A DNA stretch of 64,000 nt from Hyphomicrobiaceae bacterium (GTDB lineage Bacteria; Pseudomonadota; Alphaproteobacteria; Rhizobiales; Methyloligellaceae): positions 1,217,416-1,281,415 of the forward strand of contig JACKJS010000001.1 in assembly GCA_020637815.1 (NCBI GenBank), given 5' to 3'. The notes beneath the pieces were generated by a model. It saw nothing but the letters and a program-made list of their open reading frames with translations. It was not told the origin of the DNA and ran no database searches. Position numbers and translations under genes: made by a program. Positions 9,215-20,028 of the stretch are shown here, piece by piece; the first letter of the stretch is position 1, and each line of letters opens with the position of its first letter.

Positions 9215-10282
9215 ATGGAGTCAGTTCAAACCGGGAGCCAGGAGTGGACAGCCAAGGCGCAGGCCGTTCTGCCGCCGTCCCTCGTTCCGGAACTCTCCTA
9301 CACGCCGGAGGTCGCCCGCGAGACCGCGCATCTTTACGAGCGCGTCGCGCGCGTGATCCCGCCCGTGGAGTGGCCTCAGTTCGCCCCCTATGTGAAGGCG
9401 ATCAACGATCTTAAGCAGGTCCGGAATGCGGTCGTTCTGGCCCACAATTACATGACGCCGGAGATCTTCAACTGCGTCGCCGACGTGGTTGGCGACTCGT
9501 TGCAGCTTGCACGTGAGGCCGCGAAGGCGGACGCCGAGGTGATCGTCCAGTGCGGCGTGCACTTCATGGCCGAGACCTCGAAACTGCTCAATCCCGGCAA
9601 GACAGTTCTGATCCCCGACACGCGCGCAGGCTGTTCGCTGGCGGATTCGATCACCGGCGAGGATGTCCGTGCGCTGCGGGAGGCCTATCCCGGCGTCCCG
9701 GTGGTGACGTACGTGAATACGTCGGCGGATGTGAAGGCGGAGTCCGACATCTGCTGCACCTCCTCGAACGCGGTGCGCGTGGTCGAGTCGCTTGGCACAA
9801 AACGCGTCATCATGATCCCCGACGAGTTTCTCGCCAAATGGGTTCAGACCCAGACGGATGTGGAGATCATTACGTGGAAGGGTCATTGCGAAGTGCATGA
9901 GCGCTTCACCGCCGAAGAACTGCGCGCCTATCGCGAGAGCGATCCCGGCGTGAAGATCATCGCCCATCCGGAATGCCCGCCCGATGTCATCGGCGAAGCG
10001 GACTTCACCGGTTCGACGTCCGGCATGATCAAATGGGTCCAGGACAATCAGCCGTCCAAGGTGCTGCTCGTGACCGAATGTTCCATGAGCGACAACGTTG
10101 CGGTCGAGGCGACGAACACCGAATTCGTGCGTCCCTGCAATCTTTGCCCGCACATGAAGCGGATCACGCTGCCGAAGATCCTCGATAGCCTCGTCTTCAT
10201 GAAGGAAGAGGTGACCGTCGATCCGGCCGTGGCGGGACCTGCCCGCGCCGCCGTCGAGCGGATGATCAACCTCAATCACTGA
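9215..10282 (+). CDS. nadA: Quinolinate synthase
   Basis: [30 protein letters not shown] and CPHMK motifs. Confidence 0.97.
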   Translation: MESVQTGSQEWTAKAQAVLPPSLVPELSYTPEVARETAHLYERVARVIPPVEWPQFAPYVKAINDLKQVRNAVVLAHNYMTPEIFNCVADVVGDSLQLAREAAKADAEVIVQCGVHFMAETSKLLNPGKTVLIPDTRAGCSLADSITGEDVRALREAYPGVPVVTYVNTSADVKAESDICCTSSNAVRVVESLGTKRVIMIPDEFLAKWVQTQTDVEIITWKGHCEVHERFTAEELRAYRESDPGVKIIAHPECPPDVIGEADFTGSTSGMIKWVQDNQPSKVLLVTECSMSDNVAVEATNTEFVRPCNLCPHMKRITLPKILDSLVFMKEEVTVDPAVAGPARAAVERMINLNH

Positions 10283-10317
10283 CCGAAGGCCCTGGGTCGC
10301 ATTTCGAAAGGACAGCG

Positions 10318-11940
10318 ATGAACTCCGGCAATACATGCCCCGTGCCGATGAATGCCGCCGATGGCGTCGTGGTCGTCGGCGCCGGCCTTGCTGGGCTCTT
10401 CACGGCCCTGAAGCTCGCGCCGCTCAAGGTTACGGTCGTCTCTCCGGTGACGATCGGCGAAGGCGCGTCCAGTATTTGGGCTCAAGCAGGCATCGCCGCC
10501 GCGCTGTCCGAAGGCGACACGCCTGAGGATCATGCGGCCGATACCGTCCGTGCGGGGGCCGGCATCGTCGGCGAGGCCGTGGCGCTGCTGATGGCGCGCG
10601 AGGCGCGCTCGCGGATCGAAGATCTGCTGCATTACGGCGTGCCGTTCGACAAGGACCTCGAAGGCCGGCTGACCTTCGGCCACGAAGCCGCGCACGGGAC
10701 CAATCGCATTTTGCATGTGAAAGGCGACACCGCTGGCCGCGCCATCATGAGCGCGATAACGGCGGCTGTACGCAAGACCCCCTCCATCACCGTGCTTGAG
10801 GGCGTGAGCGCGCGAGACCTGGTGGTACGGAGCGGGCGGGTGCAAGGCGTTGTCCTCGCGCCCACTGGTGACGTTTCCCAAACCGACACCTTCGTCCTTC
10901 CCGCGCGCGCCGTGGTGCTCGCAACGGGCGGTGCCGGACATCTCTATTCGGTGACGACCAATCCGGTCGAAGCGCGCGGCGAAGGCGTCGCCATCGCGGC
11001 GCGAGCGGGCGCCATCATCGCCGATGCGGAGTTCGTTCAGTTTCACCCTACGGCGATCGATATTGGACGCGACCCGGCGCCGCTTGCGACCGAAGCGCTG
11101 CGTGGCGCGGGTGCGCTGCTGATCAACGGCAAGGGCGAGCGCTTCATGCGCGCCGTGCATGAGGATGCGGAGCTCGGACCTCGCGATGTGGTGGCGCGTG
11201 CCGTTTATCGCGAAGCCGCGAGCGGACGCGGGGCGTTTCTCGACTGCCGCCTGATCGGTCCCGGCCTCGCCGAGCAGTTTCCCACGGTCTATTCGATCTG
11301 CCGGTCGGCGGGGATCGACCCGGCGCAAGAGCCGATCCCCGTAGCGCCGGCGGCGCATTATCACATGGGCGGCATTCTGGTCGACGTCCGGGGACGCAGC
11401 ACCGTCGACGGCCTATGGGCTTGCGGCGAAGTCACCTCGACCGGCGCGCACGGCGCGAACCGCCTCGCATCGAACTCCTTGCTGGAAGCGGTCGTGTTCG
11501 GCGCGCGCGTGGCAGACGACATCTCGATGGCCATGCCACCTCTGCCGCCTCAGAACCTGCAGGCCGTGACACGCGGCACCGTTGCCGTGCGGCCCAACAA
11601 GGACAGCATTCGGACGCTGCGCGAGACCATGTCGTCGAAGGTTGGTGTCGTGCGCGACGCGGACGGTCTGTCCGATGCGCTTGCGACCATTGTTTCGCTT
11701 GAACGGGAGAGTGGCAACGATCCGCAACTCGCGAACATGCTCACAACGGCCAAGCTCATCGCAACGGCCGCCTTCGCCCGCACGGAAAGCCGTGGCGCGC
11801 AATTCCGCAGCGACTACCCGGCGCCGGACGAGGCGCAGGCAAGCCGCAGCTTCCTGACCCTCGAAAGGGCCGACGAGATCGCACGCGAGGCCACGGGCGT
11901 TTCGAGCCCGCCGCGCCTGCGGATCGTCAGCCAAGGATGA
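10318..11940 (+). CDS. nadB: L-aspartate oxidase
   Basis: GAGLAG FAD motif, VQFHPT, AHYHMGG, GAHGANRLASNSLLE; start could be 10348. Confidence 0.96.
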   Translation: MNSGNTCPVPMNAADGVVVVGAGLAGLFTALKLAPLKVTVVSPVTIGEGASSIWAQAGIAAALSEGDTPEDHAADTVRAGAGIVGEAVALLMAREARSRIEDLLHYGVPFDKDLEGRLTFGHEAAHGTNRILHVKGDTAGRAIMSAITAAVRKTPSITVLEGVSARDLVVRSGRVQGVVLAPTGDVSQTDTFVLPARAVVLATGGAGHLYSVTTNPVEARGEGVAIAARAGAIIADAEFVQFHPTAIDIGRDPAPLATEALRGAGALLINGKGERFMRAVHEDAELGPRDVVARAVYREAASGRGAFLDCRLIGPGLAEQFPTVYSICRSAGIDPAQEPIPVAPAAHYHMGGILVDVRGRSTVDGLWACGEVTSTGAHGANRLASNSLLEAVVFGARVADDISMAMPPLPPQNLQAVTRGTVAVRPNKDSIRTLRETMSSKVGVVRDADGLSDALATIVSLERESGNDPQLANMLTTAKLIATAAFARTESRGAQFRSDYPAPDEAQASRSFLTLERADEIAREATGVSSPPRLRIVSQG

Positions 11941-12833
11941 GTTCCGCCGCATCGCGGGGCACGGACTTTCTCATGGAATCGCCAAGATATCTGGAACTGC
12001 CACGACATCTGGTGGAGAAGGCTGTCCAAGAGGCTCTGGAGGAGGATCTTGGACTTGCCGGCGACATCACCACGGATTCCATCATTCCCGCGGATGCGCG
12101 CGGCGCCGCTGCCATCGTCGTGCGCGAGCCGGCGCGCATCGCCGGGCTCGACCTCGCGGAAGCCGCCTTCCGTGCGCTCGACCCTGACGCGACCTTCGAA
12201 CGATTGATCGAGGACGGCGCGGACGCCACGGCCGGCACTGCCGTGGCACGCATCGCAGGGAAGACCCGCGCGCTGCTGACGGGCGAACGGACGGCGCTGA
12301 ACTTTTTCGGACGTCTATGTGGAATCGCCACACTGACGGCCGCTTACGTTTCGAAGACTGAAGGAACGAACGCGCGCATCGCCTGCACGCGCAAGACGAC
12401 GCCGGGCCTGCGCGGCCTCGAGAAATACGCGGTGCGCTGCGGCGGCGGAATGAACCATCGCTTTGGGCTCTACGATGCTGTGCTGGTGAAGGACAACCAC
12501 ATCGCGGCGGCCGGAGGTCTTGCGCAAGCGCTGGAGCGTTTGCGCGCCGTCACGGGCCATATGGTCAAGATCGAAGTGGAAGTGGATACGCTCGATCAGC
12601 TCCGCCAAGCGCTGCGGTTCCCGATCGATGTGGTGCTGCTGGACAATATGGATATCGCGACCCTGCGCGAAGCGGTGGCGCTGGCCGGCGGAAAAGTCGT
12701 CACCGAGGCGTCCGGTGGGGTTAATCTAGAAACGGTTGGGGAAATTGCCGCGACGGGTGTGGACCTGATCTCGGTCGGAGCCCTCACTCACTCGCCGCGT
12801 AACCTAGACTCATCGCTTGAGTGGGAGCGGTAG
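11937..12833 (+). CDS. nadC: Nicotinate-nucleotide diphosphorylase (quinolinate phosphoribosyltransferase)
   Basis: TRKTTPGLR, NHRFGL, KDNH, LLDN and EASGG motifs. Confidence 0.97.
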   Translation: MSSAASRGTDFLMESPRYLELPRHLVEKAVQEALEEDLGLAGDITTDSIIPADARGAAAIVVREPARIAGLDLAEAAFRALDPDATFERLIEDGADATAGTAVARIAGKTRALLTGERTALNFFGRLCGIATLTAAYVSKTEGTNARIACTRKTTPGLRGLEKYAVRCGGGMNHRFGLYDAVLVKDNHIAAAGGLAQALERLRAVTGHMVKIEVEVDTLDQLRQALRFPIDVVLLDNMDIATLREAVALAGGKVVTEASGGVNLETVGEIAATGVDLISVGALTHSPRNLDSSLEWER

Positions 12834-13965
12834 AGCGGGTCCCCGCAACCGCCGTGACGGAACTCGTCACCGAGCTTGTTACGGCTTGCACGGCAGAAGC
12901 CAGCGACATCGTGGGCAAGAGATAGCCGGTATCGGAGTCGGTATCGTCGTCCTCGGCGGTAGCGGCATCGGTATCTAGCGCGGCTTCGACCGCGTAGGGT
13001 TCCTCGCCGCGCTTCTTATAGAAAATGTGCCTGCCGATCTTGTCGATCCTGTTCATGCGGCTTGCCCAGCGCGGCTGGACATAGTTCGCGTGGTAGAACG
13101 TCGAGTAGCCAACCTCGGGCAGCCAATGTTCGCCCGCCATGAAGCTTTTGGCGAGCTCCTGGGCGTGAGCCCATTGGGCCTTGTCGCGCGGCGTGTCGGA
13201 TTGGCCGTCGCAGGTGAACGAGAACTGGCAGCCTTTGCGGTATTGCCCCTGGTAGACGACGCCGCAGATCGTTTGCGGGAATTTGGGGCTGCGCACGCGG
13301 TTGAGAATGACCTGCGACACGGCGATTTGACCCTTGAGGGGCTCGCCACGCGCTTCGAAATAGATGGCTGTGGCCAGGCAGCGGCGTTCGCGATCCTCGA
13401 ACTCGGCCTGCGTCTCACCCTGATAACGGAAGTTCAGCGCTTCCTCGGTCGGGCGGTAGGCGATGTCGTGCGGATCGGGGCGGAAGGCATCGACCTGGAA
13501 ATCTGAATTGAAGGGCGATGCGTAACCCACGGGCTGGAACAGCGAACTTTCGGGAGCGCGGCGCTCCTCATCCACCAGCTCCATCTTCGGAGCGCCCTTC
13601 TCCGCTTCTTCGTCCTTAGCCTCGGCGGCGTCCTCGTTCGCGCCCTTCGGCAGGCCGACCATGCCGGTGAGGCTCGCGGTGACGAAGGGGCGTATCGGGG
13701 GGGTGTCGGAAACGGCGAATCGATCGGCTCGCGGGCCCTTTCCGTCGGTGTAGAAGAGACGCGAGGCTGCGCTGGATACAATGCTCGGGCCTGTCGCGGA
13801 GACGGTGCGAACGGCGGTGGAGACGGTGCCGGGAGCTGGCAGGAACAGCTCGACTTCCGAGCCGAACAGACTGCCGGACGCGACCGCATATCCTACGCCG
13901 ATGAATGGGAGTGGGACGAGCGTAACGGCCGCGTACCACATCCGACGAAACGAGCGCCGGCCCAT
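12784..13965 (-). CDS. Cell wall hydrolase, SleB/CwlJ (Hydrolase_2) family
   Basis: CLATAIYFEARGE..QIAVSQVILNRV..CQFSFTCDG..YHANYVQPRW..HIFY. Confidence 0.9.
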   Translation of the reverse strand: MGRRSFRRMWYAAVTLVPLPFIGVGYAVASGSLFGSEVELFLPAPGTVSTAVRTVSATGPSIVSSAASRLFYTDGKGPRADRFAVSDTPPIRPFVTASLTGMVGLPKGANEDAAEAKDEEAEKGAPKMELVDEERRAPESSLFQPVGYASPFNSDFQVDAFRPDPHDIAYRPTEEALNFRYQGETQAEFEDRERRCLATAIYFEARGEPLKGQIAVSQVILNRVRSPKFPQTICGVVYQGQYRKGCQFSFTCDGQSDTPRDKAQWAHAQELAKSFMAGEHWLPEVGYSTFYHANYVQPRWASRMNRIDKIGRHIFYKKRGEEPYAVEAALDTDAATAEDDDTDSDTGYLLPTMSLASAVQAVTSSVTSSVTAVAGTRSTAPTQAMSLGYAASE

Positions 13966-14252
13966 TTTCCCTCCAGGTCCCCGTACGGCCGGCTTACCAG
14001 GTGCCCCCCTGGAAAGCCTCCGAAACTACTTACTCCATGCAAACGTACTGACAGAACCGCACGTTCCAGGAGCGTCCCCAAATTTTCCCAGACTGTTGGC
14101 TAGAAGCGCCCCGACAGCTTTCCCGTCTTCGCCCCCCTGCCGGATCGTGTCCGGAACCCCGTTTCTTGCCTTAGCAAGTGCTCAAGATTTTAGAGCAAAC
14201 TGTGCATTTCGGCAACGCCCCACTATTTCGGCGAAAACTGGCTAACGATCCG

Positions 14253-16928
14253 TTACAGCTGACTTTTCAGCGCCGCCTGGGCCGCGGCCAGCCGTGCGAC
14301 GGGGACCCGGTATGGCGAACAGGAGACATAGCTGAGCCCGATTTTCTCACAAAATACAATGGTTTGCGGGTCGCCGCCATGCTCGCCGCAGATGCCTATT
14401 TTGAGGTCTGGACGGACCGCGCGGGCACGCGTAACGCCGATTTCCATGAGCTCGCCGACCGCCGCGTCGAGCGTCATAAACGGATCGTGGTTAATGATCC
14501 CCTTGTCTGCGTACTCGCCTAGGAATCGCCCGGCATCGTCGCGGCTGAGGCCAAATGTGGTTTGGGTTAGATCATTGGTTCCAAAGGAGAAAAACTCAGC
14601 CGATTCGGCGATCTCCCCGGCCATGAGGCAGGCGCGCGGCAGTTCGACCATGGAACCGACCTGAAACGCGAGGCTCGTCCCGCGCTCTTCCTCGACAGCG
14701 CGCGCAGTGACTAGGATGCGTTCCTTGACGATATCGAGTTCTCGCTTGGTGGCTACGAGCGGCACCATGATTTCGGGCCGGACACGATCGTGTAGTTCCG
14801 CCCCGGCCTCGATCGCCGCCTCGAAGACCGCTCGGGCCTGCATGTCCACAATTTCCGGATAGGTGACGAGCAGTCGCGCCCCGCGCTGTCCCAGCATAGG
14901 ATTGAATTCGCTGAGGACGGCGATGCGCCGTTTCAGTTGGGCGACGCCAACCCCCATGGCCTCGGCCACGTCGACGATCGCATCCTCTTCGCTCGGCAGG
15001 AATTCGTGGAGGGGCGGATCGAACAGGCGGATCGTCACCGGCTGCCCCGCCATGATCTCGAACAGTTCGATGAAGTCCTGGCGTTGCGCGGGAAGAAGTT
15101 CGGCCAGCGCCGCGCGGCGGCTTTCCTTCGTCTCGGCGAGGATCATCTCGCGCATGGCCACGATGCGGTTCTCTTGGAAGAACATATGTTCGGTCCGGCA
15201 CAGGCCGATGCCCTCGGCACCGAAATCGCGTGCATGCCGCGCATCGGCGGGCGTATCGGCATTGGCGCGGACGTCCATGCGCCGGAAGCCGTCGGCCCAT
15301 TCCATCAAGGTCGCGAAATCCGGCGACAAATCCGGCTGGCGCATGGTCACGCGCCCCTTGATCAGCTTCCCGGACGATCCGTCGATCGTGACGATGTCGC
15401 CCTTGTGCATGACCGCACCGCCGGCCTCCAACGTCTCCCGTTCGAGATCGATATGCGCCGCGGCGGCGCCTGCCACACACGGACGTCCCATGCCGCGTGC
15501 CACCACGGCCGCGTGGCTCGTCATGCCGCCACGTGTGGTGATGACGCCGACCGCGGCGTGCATGCCTTGAACGTCTTCGGGCGAGGTCTCGATACGCGCG
15601 AGGATCACAGTGTGGCCTTGCGCCTTCATATGCACTGCCTCGTCCGCGTCGAACACGATCTCGCCGGAGGCGGCGCCCGGCGAGGCCGGCAGCCCTTTCG
15701 CAAGCACCGTCATCTCCGCGTTCGGATCGAGCGTCGGATGCAGGAGCTGGTCGAGCCGTGCCGGATCGAGGCTCGCGACCGCCTCTTGCTTCGAGATAAT
15801 GCCCTCCTCGGCCATATCGACCGCGATCTTCAGCGCCGCCTGGGTCGAGCGCTTGCCGGACCGCGTCTGCAGCATGAAGAGCTTGCCTTCCTCGATCGTG
15901 AACTCGATGTCCTGAAGATCGCGGAAGTGCTTTTCGAGTGCCGCGCAGGACGCCTTCAGCTCGGCGAACGCCTCGGGCATTAGCGCCTCGAGAGATGCCT
16001 TTCCGTTGCCGTTCGCCGCGCTTTGCTTTTCAGTCAGAGGCTGGGGCGTGCGCAGGCCCGCAACCACGTCCTCTCCTTGCGCGTTCAAAAGATACTCGCC
16101 GAACAGGGCGTTCTCGCCCGTGGATGGATTGCGCGTGAACACGACGCCCGTGGCGCTTTGGTCGCCTTTGTTGCCGAACACCATCGTCTGAACGGTGACG
16201 GCGGTGCCCCAATCGTCCGGGATGTCGTGCAGCCGCCGATAGGCGATGGCGCGGGCGTTCTGCCAGGAGCCGAACACGGCGGAGATCGCACCCCAAAGCT
16301 GCTCGCGCAGATCCTGCGGGAAGGGCATGCCGAACTCTTTTGCGACCAGCGCCTTGTAGGCACCGATGATCTCGACCCAGTTCTCCGCCTGGAGCTGCGG
16401 ATCCAGCTCGAACCCCTTCAATGCCTTGTAGTTCTCGAGAATGTCCTCGAACAGGCCATGGTCGAGCCCGAGCACCACGTCCGCATACATCTGAATGAAG
16501 CGGCGATAGGTGTCGTAGGCGAAACGGCGATCGCCGGTTCGCCTAGCCAAACCTTCGACGGTCTTGTCGTTGAGGCCGAGATTGAGAACCGTGTCCATCA
16601 TGCCCGGCATGGAGGCGCGCGCGCCGGAGCGGACGGAGACCAGCAACGGATGTTCCACATCGCCGAAATGAGCGCCTGCGATCGCCGCCATCTTTTCGAG
16701 AGCTTCATCCACCATCGGCTTCAGCTCTTCGGGGAGACTTCGGCCTTGCTCGTAGTAGGCCGCGCAAACATCAGTGGAGATGGTGAAACCTGCGGGAACG
16801 TTGAGCTCGATGCGTGACATCTCAGCGAGATGGGCACCCTTGCCGCCGAGGCGGTCCTTGTCCGCGGCGGAACCGTCGGCGGCACCGCCGCCGAAGCTGT
16901 ACACCCATTTGGGCGTTTGGTCCGCCAT
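14253..16928 (-). CDS. ppdK: Pyruvate, phosphate dikinase
   Basis: SVRSGARASMPGMMDT, GGMTSHAAVVARG, GLCRTEHMFF and GICGEHGGDP motifs. Confidence 0.97.
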   Translation of the reverse strand: MADQTPKWVYSFGGGAADGSAADKDRLGGKGAHLAEMSRIELNVPAGFTISTDVCAAYYEQGRSLPEELKPMVDEALEKMAAIAGAHFGDVEHPLLVSVRSGARASMPGMMDTVLNLGLNDKTVEGLARRTGDRRFAYDTYRRFIQMYADVVLGLDHGLFEDILENYKALKGFELDPQLQAENWVEIIGAYKALVAKEFGMPFPQDLREQLWGAISAVFGSWQNARAIAYRRLHDIPDDWGTAVTVQTMVFGNKGDQSATGVVFTRNPSTGENALFGEYLLNAQGEDVVAGLRTPQPLTEKQSAANGNGKASLEALMPEAFAELKASCAALEKHFRDLQDIEFTIEEGKLFMLQTRSGKRSTQAALKIAVDMAEEGIISKQEAVASLDPARLDQLLHPTLDPNAEMTVLAKGLPASPGAASGEIVFDADEAVHMKAQGHTVILARIETSPEDVQGMHAAVGVITTRGGMTSHAAVVARGMGRPCVAGAAAAHIDLERETLEAGGAVMHKGDIVTIDGSSGKLIKGRVTMRQPDLSPDFATLMEWADGFRRMDVRANADTPADARHARDFGAEGIGLCRTEHMFFQENRIVAMREMILAETKESRRAALAELLPAQRQDFIELFEIMAGQPVTIRLFDPPLHEFLPSEEDAIVDVAEAMGVGVAQLKRRIAVLSEFNPMLGQRGARLLVTYPEIVDMQARAVFEAAIEAGAELHDRVRPEIMVPLVATKRELDIVKERILVTARAVEEERGTSLAFQVGSMVELPRACLMAGEIAESAEFFSFGTNDLTQTTFGLSRDDAGRFLGEYADKGIINHDPFMTLDAAVGELMEIGVTRARAVRPDLKIGICGEHGGDPQTIVFCEKIGLSYVSCSPYRVPVARLAAAQAALKSQL

Positions 16929-17036
16929 CGAAGCCTCGCTCACATTCAACTCCCAGTTTGCCCAGTGCCACCTCTTTTAGCGCGGCGAACGCATGAGGCA
17001 CAAACCGCCAGAACCCAACCGTCCAACGCAACGGTC

Positions 17037-17450
17037 CTAAAGCCGAACGGGACGCCGCGTCTTCGCGTTCCAATGCGCCAAAAAATCGCCGCCGGGAATG
17101 ATCCGGGGGCTGGGCGGCGATGCCACGCCGTAGGTCCAGGCGGCAATCCGCCCTGCCCCGGCCACGGACACTTGGAGAACGATGCGCTCGTAATTCGGAT
17201 CTCCGGCCTCGTAGGCGTCGATCTCCGCCAGGAGGCGCCCGCCGCGCGGCAGCGCGAAGACATCGCCTACAATTCGGGCCGCGGCGTTCTCGTCGAACAG
17301 CGCGGCAGGATACCAGCCCATGTCGTAGAGATGGCCCGGCACGTGAGCCTTGCCGATATGCCGCGCCTGAGCGGACAGACGCTTTGCCATGGGGTGATTG
17401 CTACCCTGGCGGAGCGTGCCATAGACGAAAATGTGTCCGGGATCACTCAC
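17037..17450 (-). CDS. Gamma-glutamylcyclotransferase (GGCT/AIG2-like) family protein
   Basis: FVYGTLRQG..LYDMGWYPA..IDAYE..YER..AWTY. Confidence 0.85.
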   Translation of the reverse strand: MSDPGHIFVYGTLRQGSNHPMAKRLSAQARHIGKAHVPGHLYDMGWYPAALFDENAAARIVGDVFALPRGGRLLAEIDAYEAGDPNYERIVLQVSVAGAGRIAAWTYGVASPPSPRIIPGGDFLAHWNAKTRRPVRL

Positions 17451-17872
17451 ACCGGTAGCTCAAGGCGCCCATCGCTGCCCAACGGCCAAAATGGATTGTA
17501 GGCGACCTCCCAAGCATGCCCATCGGGATCGGCGAAATAGCCGCCATAGCCACCCCAGAATGTCTTCTCCGCCGGCTTCAGGATTTTCGCCCCGGCAGTC
17601 TCGGCGGTCGCCATCATGGCATCGACCTCTGCTTCGCTCGCGCAATTCATGGCGACCGTAATGCCGCCATTGCCGGTCCAGAGACTGCTCGCCTTTGCGT
17701 CATTCTCAAGCGCATCGCGGCCGAATAGTCCGAGAGCGACCGGACCGGCCTGAATAAAAGTCACCGCTTCTTGGCTGGCGCCTGATTTCTTGAAGCCCAA
17801 GCGTTCGTAAAATGCCGTGGCAGCTGCGACGTCCCGAACGCCGAGCGTCACCAAGCTGATATGAGGCGCCAT
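17447..17872 (-). CDS. VOC/glyoxalase family protein
   Basis: VTLGVRD..FYERLG..FWGGYGGYFADPDGHAWEVAYNP. Confidence 0.9.
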   Translation of the reverse strand: MAPHISLVTLGVRDVAAATAFYERLGFKKSGASQEAVTFIQAGPVALGLFGRDALENDAKASSLWTGNGGITVAMNCASEAEVDAMMATAETAGAKILKPAEKTFWGGYGGYFADPDGHAWEVAYNPFWPLGSDGRLELPV

Positions 17873-17880
17873 GATCGGCC

Positions 17881-20022
17881 CTACCCCGCGATCTTCGAGA
17901 AATCGGCGACGGTCTTGGTCGTGCTGCGGATGCGGTTCAGGAGCCGCAGGCGGTTCTCGCGCAATTTGGGATCGTCGGCGTTCACAGTGACCGCATCGAA
18001 GAAGGCATCGACCGGCGCGCGGAGCTTGGCCATGGCGGCCATGGCAGCCTCGAAATCTTCGTCCGCGACGGCCTTGGCCGCGGCCTTCTCGACCACATCG
18101 ACCGCCTTTGCCAGCGCCTTTTCCTCCGGCGCTTCGAGCAGCTTCGAATCGGGCGCGTCGTCGTAAGCGCGCTTATCTTTCTTCTCCTCGATGCGAAGAA
18201 TATTCGCCGCGCGCTTGGTTCCCGCAAGCAGGTTCGCGCCGTCGTCGGTGTCGAGAAACCGGCCCAGCGCTTCGACACGGCGCACGATCATCAAGAGATC
18301 GTCGCCCCCGAGCGCGAACACCGCGTCCACCAGATCGTGCCGCGCACCTTGATCGCGCAACTGAACGCGGAGTCGGTCCCGGACGAAGTCTTGAGCATCG
18401 GACGCACCCAAAGCCGATACGACCTTCGCTAAGGTGTCACGAACGGACCCGAGCGGTTCCGACGGTCCAAGCAGTCGGCGCACGCCCTCTTCAACAAACC
18501 TGTTCTTCTGGTCCGTGTACTGTCCAACTGCTTTCGCAAATGCCCACCAGAGAGATAGCTCAATTTTGTTTTCGATTATGGTTCGAATGACGCCAAGCGC
18601 CGCTCTTCGCAGTGCGTAAGGGTCTTTCGAACCGGTTGGCTTCTCGTCGACCATCCAAAAGCCTGCCAGCGTGTCAAGCTTGTCGGCGAGCGCCAGGGCA
18701 ATGGACACGGGCGCAGTCGGGACTTCATCCGAAGGCCCGGCGGGCTTGTAGTGATCGGCAATGGCGTTGGCGACGGTGGGGCGCTCCTTCTGGTCGAGCG
18801 CGTAGTAGCGGCCCATGACGCCCTGCAACTCCGGGAATTCGCCAACCATGTCGCTGACGAGGTCGGCCTTGCAGAGAATGCCGGCGCGCTCGGCGTCCTC
18901 CGCGTCCGCACCAACGATTGGTGCGAGGTCCTTCGCGAGATGCCAGATGCGCTGTATGCGGTCGTATTGGCTGCCGAGCTTTTCGTGGAAAGTGATCTCC
19001 TTCAGCTTCGGCACCCAAGTCTCGAGCGAGACCTTGCGATCCTGATCGAAGAAGAACTTCGCATCCGACAGCCGCGCGGCGATGACGCGCTCATTGCCTT
19101 GGGTTATCGCGGTCCCGCCGTCCTCGGCCTCGAGATTGGCAACCAGCACGAAGCGGTTGGCGAGGTCATCGCCCTTCGTCACCGAGAAGCACTTCTGATG
19201 CGCCTTCATGGAGGTGGCGAGCACTTCCGGCGGCACGCTCAAGAAGTCCTCGTCGAAGCTTCCCATGAGCGGCACCGGCCATTCGGTGAGCCCCGCGTTC
19301 TCGGCCAGCAATCCAGCGTCCTCGACGAGCCCGAAGCCATGCTCGCTTGCGCACGCGCGTGCCGCGTCCAGGATCGTGGCGGCGCGCACGTCGCCGTCGA
19401 GAATGACGAAGGCTTTTTTGAGTTTTGCCTGGTAGTCGGCGAAGTCCTTCACGGCGAGGTCCTTAGGCGCCATGAAGCGATGGCCGCGCGTGACCTTGCC
19501 GCTTTCGATGCCGTCGATGTCGAACGCCACGACCTTGCCGTCAAGCAGGCAGAGGATGGAATGGAGCGGACGCACCCAGCGGAGTTTGCCCGCGCCCCAG
19601 CGCATGGCCTTCGGCCACGGAAAGGTGCGCACGATCTCCGGCACGATCTCGGCGATGACATCGGCCGTGTCGCGCCCCGGCTTTTCGATCAGCGCGACAT
19701 AGAAATCGCCCTTCTTGTCCTCGCGGATCTCCGCCTCGTCCAGCGAGCCTAGTCCGGCCGCCTTCAAAAAACCCTCGACGGCCTTGTCCGGCGCGCCGAC
19801 CCGAGGACCCTTGCGTTCGTCGCGCACGTCCGGCGAGCGTTTCGGCAGACCGTTCACGACGGCCGTCAGCCGGCGCGGCGTGGCGAAGGTCTTGATCTCG
19901 TCGAAGTCGAGACCGGCCGCCTTCAGCTTCTCGTCGAGAAGCCGCGCGAGGTCTCCTTGCGCGCGCGTCTGCATACGCGCCGGAATCTCCTCGGAGAAAA
20001 ACTCGAGCAAGAGTTCAGCCAT
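17881..20022 (-). CDS. glyS: Glycine-tRNA ligase beta subunit
   Basis: [41 protein letters not shown] and [11 protein letters not shown] motifs. Confidence 0.97.
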   Translation of the reverse strand: MAELLLEFFSEEIPARMQTRAQGDLARLLDEKLKAAGLDFDEIKTFATPRRLTAVVNGLPKRSPDVRDERKGPRVGAPDKAVEGFLKAAGLGSLDEAEIREDKKGDFYVALIEKPGRDTADVIAEIVPEIVRTFPWPKAMRWGAGKLRWVRPLHSILCLLDGKVVAFDIDGIESGKVTRGHRFMAPKDLAVKDFADYQAKLKKAFVILDGDVRAATILDAARACASEHGFGLVEDAGLLAENAGLTEWPVPLMGSFDEDFLSVPPEVLATSMKAHQKCFSVTKGDDLANRFVLVANLEAEDGGTAITQGNERVIAARLSDAKFFFDQDRKVSLETWVPKLKEITFHEKLGSQYDRIQRIWHLAKDLAPIVGADAEDAERAGILCKADLVSDMVGEFPELQGVMGRYYALDQKERPTVANAIADHYKPAGPSDEVPTAPVSIALALADKLDTLAGFWMVDEKPTGSKDPYALRRAALGVIRTIIENKIELSLWWAFAKAVGQYTDQKNRFVEEGVRRLLGPSEPLGSVRDTLAKVVSALGASDAQDFVRDRLRVQLRDQGARHDLVDAVFALGGDDLLMIVRRVEALGRFLDTDDGANLLAGTKRAANILRIEEKKDKRAYDDAPDSKLLEAPEEKALAKAVDVVEKAAAKAVADEDFEAAMAAMAKLRAPVDAFFDAVTVNADDPKLRENRLRLLNRIRSTTKTVADFSKIAG

Positions 20023-20028
20023 CGCGCG

